Assembly: GCA_023229425.1 (NCBI GenBank)
Contig: JALNZG010000006.1
Span: 117,130-181,129, forward strand
Direction of reading: 5' to 3'
Source: Ignavibacteriaceae bacterium
Lineage (GTDB): Bacteria > Bacteroidota > Ignavibacteria > Ignavibacteriales > Ignavibacteriaceae
Length of the DNA: 64,000 bases
Below the pieces are notes generated by a model, which was given only the letters and a program-made list of their open reading frames with translations, did not search any database and was not told the DNA's origin. The translations under genes and the position numbers were made by a program. Positions 1 to 9,289 of this stretch are shown piece by piece (position 1 is the first letter of the stretch; each line of letters starts with the position of its first letter).

Positions 1-1
1 A

Positions 2-469
2 TTTCAATTAGAAAACGGTGAACGTGGAGTTTATCATTACGTTCACACTTTTGGTTCTTCAATGGTTATTCCAATTTCTTCCAATGGAAAAATTTTGATG
101 GTGAATCAATATCGCTATTTAAATGAACGCGAAAGTATTGAGTTTCCGTGCGGTGGAATGAAAGAAGGAATTTCGTACAAAGCCAATGCTATAAAAGAAC
201 TTCGCGAAGAAACAGGATATTCTGCTAAAACGATTCTAGAAATAGGAGAATTTGCACCATTTACAGGAGCTGCAGATGAGATATCAAAAGTCTTTCTCGC
301 AAAAAATTTATTCCTTTCTCCACTTCCGAAAGATGCAACGGAAGAATTTGAATTACTTGAAAAAACTCCAAAAGAAATTGAAGAACTGATCAATAAAAAT
401 ATTATTTGGGATGGACTAACATTGGCGGCTTGGGCGCTGGTAAGGAGACATTTTCAAAATGAATTATAA
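2..469 (+). CDS. NUDIX hydrolase (ADP-ribose pyrophosphatase-like); 5' end runs off the window
   Basis: Nudix box GGMKEGISYKANAIKELREETGY. The frame is open from nt 2 (FQLENGERGVYHYVHTFGSS...) upstream of the listed ATG at 62. Confidence 0.8.
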   Translation, partial: FQLENGERGVYHYVHTFGSSMVIPISSNGKILMVNQYRYLNERESIEFPCGGMKEGISYKANAIKELREETGYSAKTILEIGEFAPFTGAADEISKVFLAKNLFLSPLPKDATEEFELLEKTPKEIEELINKNIIWDGLTLAAWALVRRHFQNEL

Positions 470-1700
470 ATTTGTTCTCATCGCACTTTTTCTTCTGCAA
501 ACTATTTACTGCCAAACGAATAAAATCAATATTGCAACGGGAGCCGATCTGCTTCTTTCTGAAAATATTGATTTAGTTGAAGGAAGAAACATTGCAATCG
601 TTACAAACCACACTGCTGTTTTATCAAACGGAACACATCTTATAGATGCACTTTATTCATCAGAATTTAGAATCAAAATTGTTGCGTTGTTTGGACCAGA
701 GCACGGAATACGCGGGCAGGTGCAAGCGGGAGAAAAAATTGAAAATCTTATTGATGAGAAGACTCAAGTTCCAATATATTCTCTCTACGGAAAAGATAAA
801 AAACCAACTAAAGAAATGTTGAAAGGTGTCGATGTTTTACTCTTCGATATGCAGGATGTCGGAGCTCGTTTTTACACATATATTTCTACTCTTTATTATG
901 CGTTGCAAGCGGCGGCTGAAAATAATATTCCGATTGTCGTATTAGACAGACCAAATCCAATCAGCGGTAATTATGTTGATGGACCTATTCGACAAGATTC
1001 TTTAAGTTCGTTTGTAGGAATTGCTCCAATACCCATTGCTCATGGAATGACTTTTGGCGAATTGGCAAATTATTTTAACGATGAAAATCTTTTGGGAAAT
1101 AATTTGCACGCGACACTTGAGGTCTTGAAGATGAAAAACTGGAAGAGGAATTATTTCTTCGACGATCTGAATCTTCCATGGATAAAACCATCTCCAAACA
1201 TTACGGATTTGCAAACTGCAATTCTTTATCCCGGAACTTGTCTTATTGAAGGAACAAATGTATCTGAAGGAAGAGGAACCACTCAACCGTTTTTAACTAT
1301 CGGAGCGCCGTTTATAAAAGCAAAGAAATTGGTTGATGCGTTGCATAAGTTCAAATTTATAGGGTTAACATTCACTGAAACTTCATTTACACCTAAAGAT
1401 GCACCAAATGTTTCCGTAAATCCCAAGCATAAGGGAAAATTATGCCGTGGTATTACAATAAAAGTAATTGACAAAAGAAAAGTTGAATCTATTAAGTTTG
1501 GAATTGCTTTACTTTCCGTTTTACATAAACAATACCCAACAGAATTTTCGTTTAAAGATAAAACTTTCGATCTCCTTTCCGGCGATTCAAAAATAAGAGA
1601 GCAGATTTTAAAAAATATTTCTCCGGATAAGATTTTCAAATCTTATCAAGAAAAACTGAACAACTTCAAAGAAAAAAGAAAAAAATATTTACTTTATTAA
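459..1700 (+). CDS. DUF1343 family protein (NamZ/YbbC-like exo-beta-N-acetylmuramidase)
   Basis: N-terminal signal peptide. LFGPEHGIRG and DMQDVGARFYTYISTLYY blocks are typical of DUF1343. Overlaps the upstream gene by 11 nt. Confidence 0.75.
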   Translation: MNYKFVLIALFLLQTIYCQTNKINIATGADLLLSENIDLVEGRNIAIVTNHTAVLSNGTHLIDALYSSEFRIKIVALFGPEHGIRGQVQAGEKIENLIDEKTQVPIYSLYGKDKKPTKEMLKGVDVLLFDMQDVGARFYTYISTLYYALQAAAENNIPIVVLDRPNPISGNYVDGPIRQDSLSSFVGIAPIPIAHGMTFGELANYFNDENLLGNNLHATLEVLKMKNWKRNYFFDDLNLPWIKPSPNITDLQTAILYPGTCLIEGTNVSEGRGTTQPFLTIGAPFIKAKKLVDALHKFKFIGLTFTETSFTPKDAPNVSVNPKHKGKLCRGITIKVIDKRKVESIKFGIALLSVLHKQYPTEFSFKDKTFDLLSGDSKIREQILKNISPDKIFKSYQEKLNNFKEKRKKYLLY

Positions 1701-1709
1701 AGGATAAAA

Positions 1710-2756
1710 ATGAAAAAACTACTTGTGCTAACTTTACTTCTCCTTCCCTTTCTTGTCGGATGTAATAAAACTGAAGAGCCGAAAAAAGAAGAAAACAAAT
1801 TCTCTACCGCATTTGATTCTTCGGATATCAAAACTGTTCCGATTTCCGACGGCGCTTTTTCTTCCGTTGATTTAAAATATTCACTTAAAAAAGGTTCTGA
1901 ATACAACTACCGTTTAACCAGCATTACCAACGATGATCAGTCGATTTTGGCTGACACTTCCGTCTCTCAAAAAATTAAACAAGCCCTTACTTATTTATTA
2001 AAACTTGCGGTAAAAGACGTTGACAAAGACGGTGTAATGGAAATTGAATTTACTTTTTCTTCAGTTAAACTTGATGCTTCGGGAAATGGAAAAACTTTCT
2101 CTTATCAATCAGGCAATAAATTAACGGCTGATGAAAAATTAAGATATGCCGACTATGAGGCGATCATCAATAATCCCTTCACGGCAAGAGTTGCGCCGAA
2201 AGGTGAAATTCTCGAATTTTTTAGAACCGATAGAATTGCGACTAAAATTTTGGAATTAAAAGGTTTAAAAGATTCCGTTTCTTTGGAAGAAAAGAAAATG
2301 CTGCAGGAACAAATCTCGGAAGGAGCCTTGCGCCCACTGCTTACGCAGGTCTTTAGAAAATTGCCGGATCAACAAGTGAAAAAAGATTCTGTCTGGTCGC
2401 TTACAAATCCACCGGCACAACTTCCGTTTTTTGAGATGTCTAACACTATAAAATTCAAAATAATCGGTTTTGAAAAATATAACGAAAGCAACCTGGCTGT
2501 TATTGATGCGGGATTATCTTCGCAATACAAAATTTCGGAGAGAGCAAAACAGGCAAAAGTAACGGTGAAATCTCCGTCATACACCGGTGAAGGAAAAATT
2601 TATTTTAACTTGTCGAAAGGATTAGTCGAAAGATCAAAGACTAATTTGTATCTGACTATTGAGATGAGTATGCAAGCCCCTTCGAGAACCGGCGGAATGC
2701 AGAAAGTAACCCAAAGACAATACACGAAGACTACTAACATTTTAGAACTTTTGTAA
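1710..2756 (+). CDS. hypothetical lipoprotein
   Basis: Signal peptide with lipobox LVGC. No recognisable catalytic motif. Confidence 0.55.
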   Translation: MKKLLVLTLLLLPFLVGCNKTEEPKKEENKFSTAFDSSDIKTVPISDGAFSSVDLKYSLKKGSEYNYRLTSITNDDQSILADTSVSQKIKQALTYLLKLAVKDVDKDGVMEIEFTFSSVKLDASGNGKTFSYQSGNKLTADEKLRYADYEAIINNPFTARVAPKGEILEFFRTDRIATKILELKGLKDSVSLEEKKMLQEQISEGALRPLLTQVFRKLPDQQVKKDSVWSLTNPPAQLPFFEMSNTIKFKIIGFEKYNESNLAVIDAGLSSQYKISERAKQAKVTVKSPSYTGEGKIYFNLSKGLVERSKTNLYLTIEMSMQAPSRTGGMQKVTQRQYTKTTNILELL

Positions 2757-2783
2757 TTAACAAAGTTTCAAACATAGAAAACA

Positions 2784-2810
2784 AAAGCCTAAGTTGTACG
2801 CTTAGGCTTT
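2784..2810. terminator. bidirectional hairpin terminator between convergent genes
   Basis: AAAGCCTAAG-ttgtacg-CTTAGGCTTT gives a 10-bp stem with T-rich flanks on both strands. Lies between the stop at 2756 (+) and the stop at 2836 (-). Confidence 0.7.
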
Positions 2811-2835
2811 CTTGTTATTCAACTTCCGCGGCTTT

Positions 2836-4938
2836 TTATTTTAATCCCCTCTTGTCCAATAATGCATCAATCTTTGGTTCTCTTCCTCTAAACTGTTTGT
2901 ATAGAACCATAGGATCATCGCTTCCGGCTTTCTCTAAAAGATTTCTGAATGCCTTGGCAGTAGTTTTATTAAATACATCATTTTTTTCTTTGAATGCAGC
3001 AAAGGCATCCGCATCTAAAACCGCTGCCCAAACATATCCATAATACCCGGCGGCATAGCCGTCATCTGCAAAAATGTGCTGGAAATTTGTACTCTGATAG
3101 CGCGATTCAATTTCATGAATCAATCCATGTTTAGATAATGATTCCTTTTCAAATTTAGGAACATCCCGTTCATTTGTATCTGAAATGGTATGCCAATCCA
3201 TATCAAGAAGTGATGCCGCTAAATATTCAACGGTTTCAAATCCTTGATTGAACTGTCCGGCATTAACAATTTTTTTGATCAGTTCTTCCGGTATTGGTTT
3301 TCCCGTTTTATAATGCTTTGCATACATTTTTAAGACTACCGGATCAGACGCCCAATTCTCCATTACCTGAGACGGCAATTCAACAAAGTCAACCGGAACT
3401 CTTTTACCGGATGGATAAATTGAAGTTGCGATCAAATAATGAAGCGCATGACCGAACTCGTGGAATAATGTATTAACGTCATCAAAACTTAATAGCGCAG
3501 GTTTATCTTTAGTAGGTTTTGTAAAATTTCCAACGTTATAAATTACCGGGGAAATATACTTTCCTTCTATATTTGACTGGTTTGTGAATTCACTCATCCA
3601 CGCGCCGCTTCGTTTACTATCTCGCGGGAAATAATCGGTGTATAAAATGCCAAGATGTTTTCCATTTGCTTCCAGCACTTCAAAAACTTTTACATCGGGA
3701 TGATAAACCTGGATATTTTTTTTCTCAACGAATTTTAGTCCGTACAGCTTTGTAGCAACTCCAAACGCTCCGTCAACTATATTTTCAAGTTTAAAATAAG
3801 GACGAAGCATCTCACCGTCGAGAGCATATTTTTCCTTTCTAACTTTTTCAGAATAGTACCACCAATCCCATGACTGTAGCTTAAAATTTCCTTCTTCTTT
3901 GTCAATAATCTTCTGCATGTCGGCAACTTCTAATCCGGCTTTGTGTAAAGCGGGTTTCCATAAATCATTTAAGAATTTGTAAACATTTTCGGGATTCTTA
4001 GACATGTTGATCTCTAATTTAAAATCGGCATAAGTTTTATATCCCAATAAAACAGCTTTCTCAACGCGCAAAGATGCCATTTTTGTTAGAATCTTTTTTG
4101 TGTCTAATTCATTATTACTATTTCCGCGGTTTAAATAAGCTTTAAATAATTTCTCTCTCAGATTTCTTTTTTCAGAATATTGAAGGAAAGGAGTCCAGCT
4201 TGGTCTTTGCAAGGTGAAAACCCATTTGCCTTCGAGTTCTTTTCCTTTAGCGGTTTCGGCTGCGCCTTGAATTACTCCTTCGGGTAAACCGGCGAGGTCT
4301 TCTTTATTATCTATCACTAACCCAACGGCATTGGTTTCTTTCAAAATGTTTTCCGCAAACTTTACACCGAGAAGAGAGAGTTCTTCATTTATCTTTTTAA
4401 ATCTTTCTTTATCTACTTTATTAAGATTAGCTCCACCACGGACAAAATCCTTAAAATAGTTTTCAAGCACAACTTTTTGTTCTGTAGTAAGATTGAGTTT
4501 CTCTTTTTCTAGATAGATACTCTTTACCCGGTCGAAGAATTTTTCATTCAGATAAATCTCATCAAAATGTTTAGATATCATTGGTGCAGTTTTTTGAGCA
4601 ATTGCTTGAATCTCAGCATTGGTGTTCGCACCGTTTAAGGCATTAAAGACGTTATTAACCTTTGTGAAAAGCTTTCCGCTTTTTTCAAACGCTTCAACAG
4701 TGTTTTTGAAAGTCGGTTTTTCTGTGTTGTTAATTATTTCTTCAACCTCAGCCAACTGACGTTTCATCCCTTCATCATAAGCGGGCATGAAATGTTCATT
4801 TTTGATCTCGTTGAAAGGAGGTGTTCCGAATGGAGTTTTCCATTCTTGGAAAAAAGGATTGTTCATTTTATTTTTATCCGATTGCATAGTAAATGCGCAG
4901 AGTATTGTAAATAGGAAAACACTTAAAATTATTTTCAT
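2836..4938 (-). CDS. dcp: M3 family peptidyl-dipeptidase (Dcp-like), secreted
   Basis: HEFGHALH zinc motif, 700 aa, M3A-like layout, N-terminal signal peptide. Confidence 0.9.
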   Translation of the reverse strand: MKIILSVFLFTILCAFTMQSDKNKMNNPFFQEWKTPFGTPPFNEIKNEHFMPAYDEGMKRQLAEVEEIINNTEKPTFKNTVEAFEKSGKLFTKVNNVFNALNGANTNAEIQAIAQKTAPMISKHFDEIYLNEKFFDRVKSIYLEKEKLNLTTEQKVVLENYFKDFVRGGANLNKVDKERFKKINEELSLLGVKFAENILKETNAVGLVIDNKEDLAGLPEGVIQGAAETAKGKELEGKWVFTLQRPSWTPFLQYSEKRNLREKLFKAYLNRGNSNNELDTKKILTKMASLRVEKAVLLGYKTYADFKLEINMSKNPENVYKFLNDLWKPALHKAGLEVADMQKIIDKEEGNFKLQSWDWWYYSEKVRKEKYALDGEMLRPYFKLENIVDGAFGVATKLYGLKFVEKKNIQVYHPDVKVFEVLEANGKHLGILYTDYFPRDSKRSGAWMSEFTNQSNIEGKYISPVIYNVGNFTKPTKDKPALLSFDDVNTLFHEFGHALHYLIATSIYPSGKRVPVDFVELPSQVMENWASDPVVLKMYAKHYKTGKPIPEELIKKIVNAGQFNQGFETVEYLAASLLDMDWHTISDTNERDVPKFEKESLSKHGLIHEIESRYQSTNFQHIFADDGYAAGYYGYVWAAVLDADAFAAFKEKNDVFNKTTAKAFRNLLEKAGSDDPMVLYKQFRGREPKIDALLDKRGLK

Positions 4939-5096
4939 TTGAAAACTCCTTGAATATTAGCATGTATGATGTAAAAGATGAAAACTTTTGTTTATATAGT
5001 TTGCAAAAATATTGTGCGAAAAACCGTGAGAATATTTTCTTGAGTTCCGGCTCTATCATGTTATGATTTTATGAACCGGATAAGCTAAATCTTATT

Positions 5097-6416
5097 TTAA
5101 ACTTTCTGAACGATAATTCTCATTCCCTCAACTTTAATAACTTTTATTTGTGACCCTCTTTCTATAAAATCTCCGGCGGTAACTACATCGTAACGTTCAC
5201 CCTTTATTATTGCAGTTCCGGCGGGACGAAGCGTGGTAAAGGCTTCACCCGTTTCACCTAAAAGATTATAATAAGATGGATGAGAGATAAAACCATCATG
5301 CGCAGCGTTCTCGTTTGATAAAATCAATCTATTAAATGTAGTGGTCTTGGGAAGATATTTCACCAACAAGAACATAATCACGACTGAAGAAAAAACGGCT
5401 GTTCCAAGTTGAATGATTGCGGTGAAAAGGATGTTCGAATCAAAATAAAATTCTGCATTAAAAAGTGAAAAGAATATCGAGCCGATAACCAATAATATTC
5501 CGGCTATACCAGTAACTCCAAAGCCGGGGATGACAAATATTTCTACGATCAATAAAATTATTCCGATAACAAATAATAAAATTTGAAATATTGAAGCGAT
5601 CTGTAAGATGAATGACGAACCGAAAAAGAGAGCCAATGCAATAAGTGAGACAGTCCCGGCAAAACCCCAGCCGGGTGTTTTAATTTCGGTGTAAAGACCG
5701 ACCAATCCGATCATGATCAGTAAAGAAGAGACAATAGGATTATTAAGGAAGCTGACGAATTCTTCAGCCCAATTTGCTTTTGCTTCAATAATAACGGCGT
5801 TATGAATATCAAAAGCGGCTAACACTTTTGAAATGTTTTCAACTGTGGTATCGGAGATTTGATATTTTAATGCCTCTGCTGAGGTTAAAGTTACTAGCGT
5901 AGTGCTGTCGTCAACACCGAGAATTACAACCCGTTCATCAACCATCGCTTCGGCTATATCTGTTCTTCTTCCGTTTTTTTCTGCGGTGGAACGCATTTCC
6001 GAACGCATATATGATTGATATTTCTCCGATTGCTTCTGTCCCGTTTGATCAACAACCGTAGTTGCGCCGATTGAACTTCCGGGAGCCATAGCAATTTTTT
6101 TACATGACAGAGTTATTAATGCACCGGCAGAAATTGCACGGTTTTTTACAAAGGCGATTGTTAAAACTTTGCTTTCCAGAATTGCGTCTTTTATTTGTGT
6201 AGCTGCATCAACTCTACCGCCAAATGTGTTTATCTCAAAAACGATCGCTTGCGCGTTTTGAGATTCCGCATCGGAAATTACTCTTCTTACAAAAGGAGCT
6301 AATCCCAGATCAATCTCCCCTTCAATTTTTGCATGAAAAACTTTTTGCGCGCTTGTGAATGCAGATAACGTTACAAAGAGTAAACAAAAGGCATATAATA
6401 ATTTTTTCATTTTCAA
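5097..6416 (-). CDS. NfeD family membrane-bound ClpP-class serine protease
   Basis: Signal peptide, ClpP-like N-domain (NTFGGRVDAA, AISAGALI), central multi-TM block and C-terminal OB-like NfeD domain (GETGEAFTTLRPAGTAIIKGERYDVVT). Confidence 0.8.
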   Translation of the reverse strand: MKMKKLLYAFCLLFVTLSAFTSAQKVFHAKIEGEIDLGLAPFVRRVISDAESQNAQAIVFEINTFGGRVDAATQIKDAILESKVLTIAFVKNRAISAGALITLSCKKIAMAPGSSIGATTVVDQTGQKQSEKYQSYMRSEMRSTAEKNGRRTDIAEAMVDERVVILGVDDSTTLVTLTSAEALKYQISDTTVENISKVLAAFDIHNAVIIEAKANWAEEFVSFLNNPIVSSLLIMIGLVGLYTEIKTPGWGFAGTVSLIALALFFGSSFILQIASIFQILLFVIGIILLIVEIFVIPGFGVTGIAGILLVIGSIFFSLFNAEFYFDSNILFTAIIQLGTAVFSSVVIMFLLVKYLPKTTTFNRLILSNENAAHDGFISHPSYYNLLGETGEAFTTLRPAGTAIIKGERYDVVTAGDFIERGSQIKVIKVEGMRIIVQKV

Positions 6417-6712
6417 CCTGACTAAAATTCAATGTTATTTTCATTGGAAATATACAAAGAGTTCCTGAAAAAAATTTAGTGCCCCTGACAAGCATGGCGT
6501 GCTTTGTGTCTTGAAGGCAAAGTCATCTCGCCACAAAGTCACGAAAAAACGAAGGGCAGCAACAGAAGAAAAAAATATTTTTGGCTGCCAGGAGATTGTA
6601 GAATCTCATTTTCATTATATTTAGCCGTAAGAATATTTTTTATAGAAATTTAATAAACAAAGATTGTGTTAATAAAAAAGGTACTAAGGTTAAAACCAAT
6701 TAAGATAAAATT

Positions 6713-7732
6713 ATGGAAGAACAAAAAAACATATCCGAAATAATATTATATCAAACTGAAGACGGTAGAACAAAAATAGAAGTACTTCTTGAGAATGATA
6801 CTGTTTGGTTAACACAGCAGCTAATGGCTGAACTATTACATACAACCAAACAAAATATTAGTCTTCATATCGGCAATGTCTTTAAGGAAGGAGAATTGCC
6901 GGAAGATTCAGTTGTCAAGGAATGCTTGACAACTGCAAAAGACGGGAAAAAATATCCAACAAAACAATATAATCTTGATGTGATTATTTCTGTTGGCTAC
7001 CGCGTAAAATCTATTCAAGGAACGAAATTTCGTATATGGGCAACACAACGGCTTAAGGAATACTTAATCAAGGGTTTCACTTTAGATGATGAAAGATTAA
7101 AAGCCGGTGGTTTTCGTAACAAATATTTTGACGAATTATTTGAACGTATTCGGGATATCCGCACTTCCGAAAAAAACTTTTACTATAAGGTGAGGGATAT
7201 TTATTCTCTTTCGGCAGATTATGATCCGAATGTAGAATTAACTCAAAATTTCTTTGCTACGGTACAAAATAAATTTCATTGGGCAATTCACCACCATACT
7301 GCGGCTGAACTTATTGCGCAAAGAGTTGATGCAGCAAAACCCTTTATGGGATTAACGGCGTGGAGCGGCTCTAAAATCCGAAAGCATGATGTAACTGTAG
7401 CTAAAAATTATCTCTCTCTTGATGAACTAAAACAATTGAACTTATTGGTAGAGCAATTCCTTGCATTTGCGGAATCTCAGACCCAGCAGCGAAAAGTTAT
7501 GTACATGAAAGACTGGATTAAAAAACTTAACGACATTCTGATTATTAATGAAAGAGAGATTCTTGAAAGCCCAGGCAGAATTAGTAAACAAAAAGCAGAA
7601 GATATCGCATCAGCGGAATTTGAAAAGTACAAACAAATTGAAGCCGAGACAGAGATAAAGCAACTTAAAGAACTTGAGAAAGAAGTAAAAGAAATAACTC
7701 CCTCTGTAAAGAATAAAAAGAAGAATAAATAA
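6713..7732 (+). CDS. RhuM family virulence/DNA-binding protein
   Basis: N-terminus ILYQTEDGRTKIEVLLENDTVWLTQQLMAELLHTTKQNISLHIGNVFKEGEL and the GYRVKSIQGTKFRIWATQRLKEYLIKGF block are characteristic of RhuM-like proteins. Confidence 0.8.
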   Translation: MEEQKNISEIILYQTEDGRTKIEVLLENDTVWLTQQLMAELLHTTKQNISLHIGNVFKEGELPEDSVVKECLTTAKDGKKYPTKQYNLDVIISVGYRVKSIQGTKFRIWATQRLKEYLIKGFTLDDERLKAGGFRNKYFDELFERIRDIRTSEKNFYYKVRDIYSLSADYDPNVELTQNFFATVQNKFHWAIHHHTAAELIAQRVDAAKPFMGLTAWSGSKIRKHDVTVAKNYLSLDELKQLNLLVEQFLAFAESQTQQRKVMYMKDWIKKLNDILIINEREILESPGRISKQKAEDIASAEFEKYKQIEAETEIKQLKELEKEVKEITPSVKNKKKNK

Positions 7733-7910
7733 AAATGAGGGGAATTATCATTTCGTTGACGTCAACAAAATGATAAAACAGCTCAAAAATGCAATTAGCG
7801 CTGTTCTACAATCTGTAGAGACATGACATGCTTGGGGAAAAAACAAAGCGAGATTAACTTTTAGCGTGATTGTTGGCAATGCTCATTATTTATTTTTTTC
7901 TTGGGAAGAA

Positions 7911-8022
7911 TGAAAAATAGTTTTAGTTTTATTGCACTAATTAAACAAAGAAAAAGAAGTATGGAAAAAGTTACTTGGATGGATGTTTAAGAAATAGTAC
8001 GGAACATGTAAAAAAACTTTAC
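7911..8022 (+). other. conserved leader-like element, copy 1 (paralog at 28381..28480)
   Basis: About 100 nt aligns by eye at roughly 75-80% with 28381..28480. The core GGAAAAGTYACTTGGATGGATGTTTAA is nearly identical and contains the mini-ORF ATG GAT GTT TAA. Confidence 0.6.
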
Positions 8023-8084
8023 ATTGTTGATTTGAGCGGCGGTCTACAAATAATGCTGTCAGGTCTCTACCAAAAAGGTTCAAT

Positions 8085-9071
8085 ATGAATTTAAATACTC
8101 TTCTCGGAAAACGAAATGTCATCCTAATTATTTTTGCGATTTTGCTAACCATCGTATTAGCTTTTATCCACAATCTATCGACTAGTTATAGCAATAAATA
8201 TGATACTTCGTTATTGCCAAAAGACGAAAAAATTGAAAAAATATTTAAGAGTAAACCGGATACCTTAAAAGGAACTGATATCTATTATTATAAGAATGCC
8301 ATTAGTTCATTTGAATACGCTTGTGAAAATAAATCATTAAGTGAGCTTGAGGATGCAAAAAATGCTTTAACTGGGTTGTTGGATAAATTTCCAAATTCAA
8401 ACTATTTAGCTGATGCCAAGATAAAACTCAAAGAATTAATACTCTTAAAAAACAGAATTCAAAAACGCAATTCAATTAGCGAACAAATTAATGCTTATAA
8501 TAATTTGTATCAGTTTAATAATTCATTAAAACTACTTTCCAAATCCAAACAATTCTTTGACGATAGCGAATATGACGAATTAAGAAATGATATTACAAAA
8601 CAAAAACGCAATTCAATTAGCGAACAGATTAATGCTTATAATAATTTGTATCAGTTTAATAATTCATTAAAACTACTTTCCAAATCCAAACAATTCTTTG
8701 ACGATAGCGAATATGACGAATTAAGAAATGATATTATAAAACAAAGGGATAAACCTATACAAGTTAGTATAAGAGAATTAATATCTCAGTCGAGTAAATA
8801 TGATGGTAAAATAGTGGAGGTTAACGAATTGCGCGCAATAAGCAATGATATTCAAAGTAAGTTCTTTCTGACTTATAAATCAACCGGAAGTGGAAGGTTG
8901 GATTATGATACCGACTTAAGGATATTGATTTGTTATGCTAAGGCTACTAATCGGGATCAATTGATTTATTTAACTGGCGATAATTATCCTGAAATGACAG
9001 TGACCGGAAAGTTTGTTAATTTATCTCTTTTTGGTAGTAGTTACATTGATGCGAAGGAAATAAAATATTAA
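8085..9071 (+). CDS. hypothetical N-terminally membrane-anchored protein with internal 47-aa tandem duplication
   Basis: TM helix VILIIFAILLTIVLAFI. QKRNSISEQINAYNNLYQFNNSLKLLSKSKQFFDDSEYDELRNDI(T/I)K occurs twice back to back. Confidence 0.6.
   Translation: MNLNTLLGKRNVILIIFAILLTIVLAFIHNLSTSYSNKYDTSLLPKDEKIEKIFKSKPDTLKGTDIYYYKNAISSFEYACENKSLSELEDAKNALTGLLDKFPNSNYLADAKIKLKELILLKNRIQKRNSISEQINAYNNLYQFNNSLKLLSKSKQFFDDSEYDELRNDITKQKRNSISEQINAYNNLYQFNNSLKLLSKSKQFFDDSEYDELRNDIIKQRDKPIQVSIRELISQSSKYDGKIVEVNELRAISNDIQSKFFLTYKSTGSGRLDYDTDLRILICYAKATNRDQLIYLTGDNYPEMTVTGKFVNLSLFGSSYIDAKEIKY
8460..8741 (+). repeat. 2 x 141-bp in-frame tandem duplication
   Basis: Unit 8460-8600 is repeated at 8601-8741 with two mismatches (caa/cag synonymous; aca/ata T->I). 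Confidence 0.95.
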
Positions 9072-9289
9072 TGCCCTAATCTGCGCAGCAATAAAAACCG
9101 CTTATTCGATAGAGTCGGTTTAAGTATTTCAAGTTTTGTTTATAAAATTTATTCGATCTTTAAAGTAGGTAAGACTTAATAAAATATTAAAAAATCATTA
9201 GCATTTGTTTCCAAATATCCAATGTTTTTCATGGTTTCAAAATAGACGTATACAGTAATGTGTTTTTATAAAAAAATGGAGTCCATCTA

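Noticed and set aside
6593-7814. An 11-bp inverted repeat (AGATTGTAGAA at 6593-6603 / TTCTACAATCT at 7804-7814) and a CATGCTTG match flank rhuM, possibly as transposon ends.
   Set aside because: Thousands of coincidental 10-11-mer matches are expected in 64 kb of AT-rich DNA. There are no target-site duplications or transposase.
8460-8741. The tandem repeat and heptamer arrays were considered as possible CRISPR arrays.
   Set aside because: There are no unique spacers between repeats. The 141-bp units are contiguous and in-frame coding, and the heptamer arrays are only 20-35 nt long. No cas genes are present.
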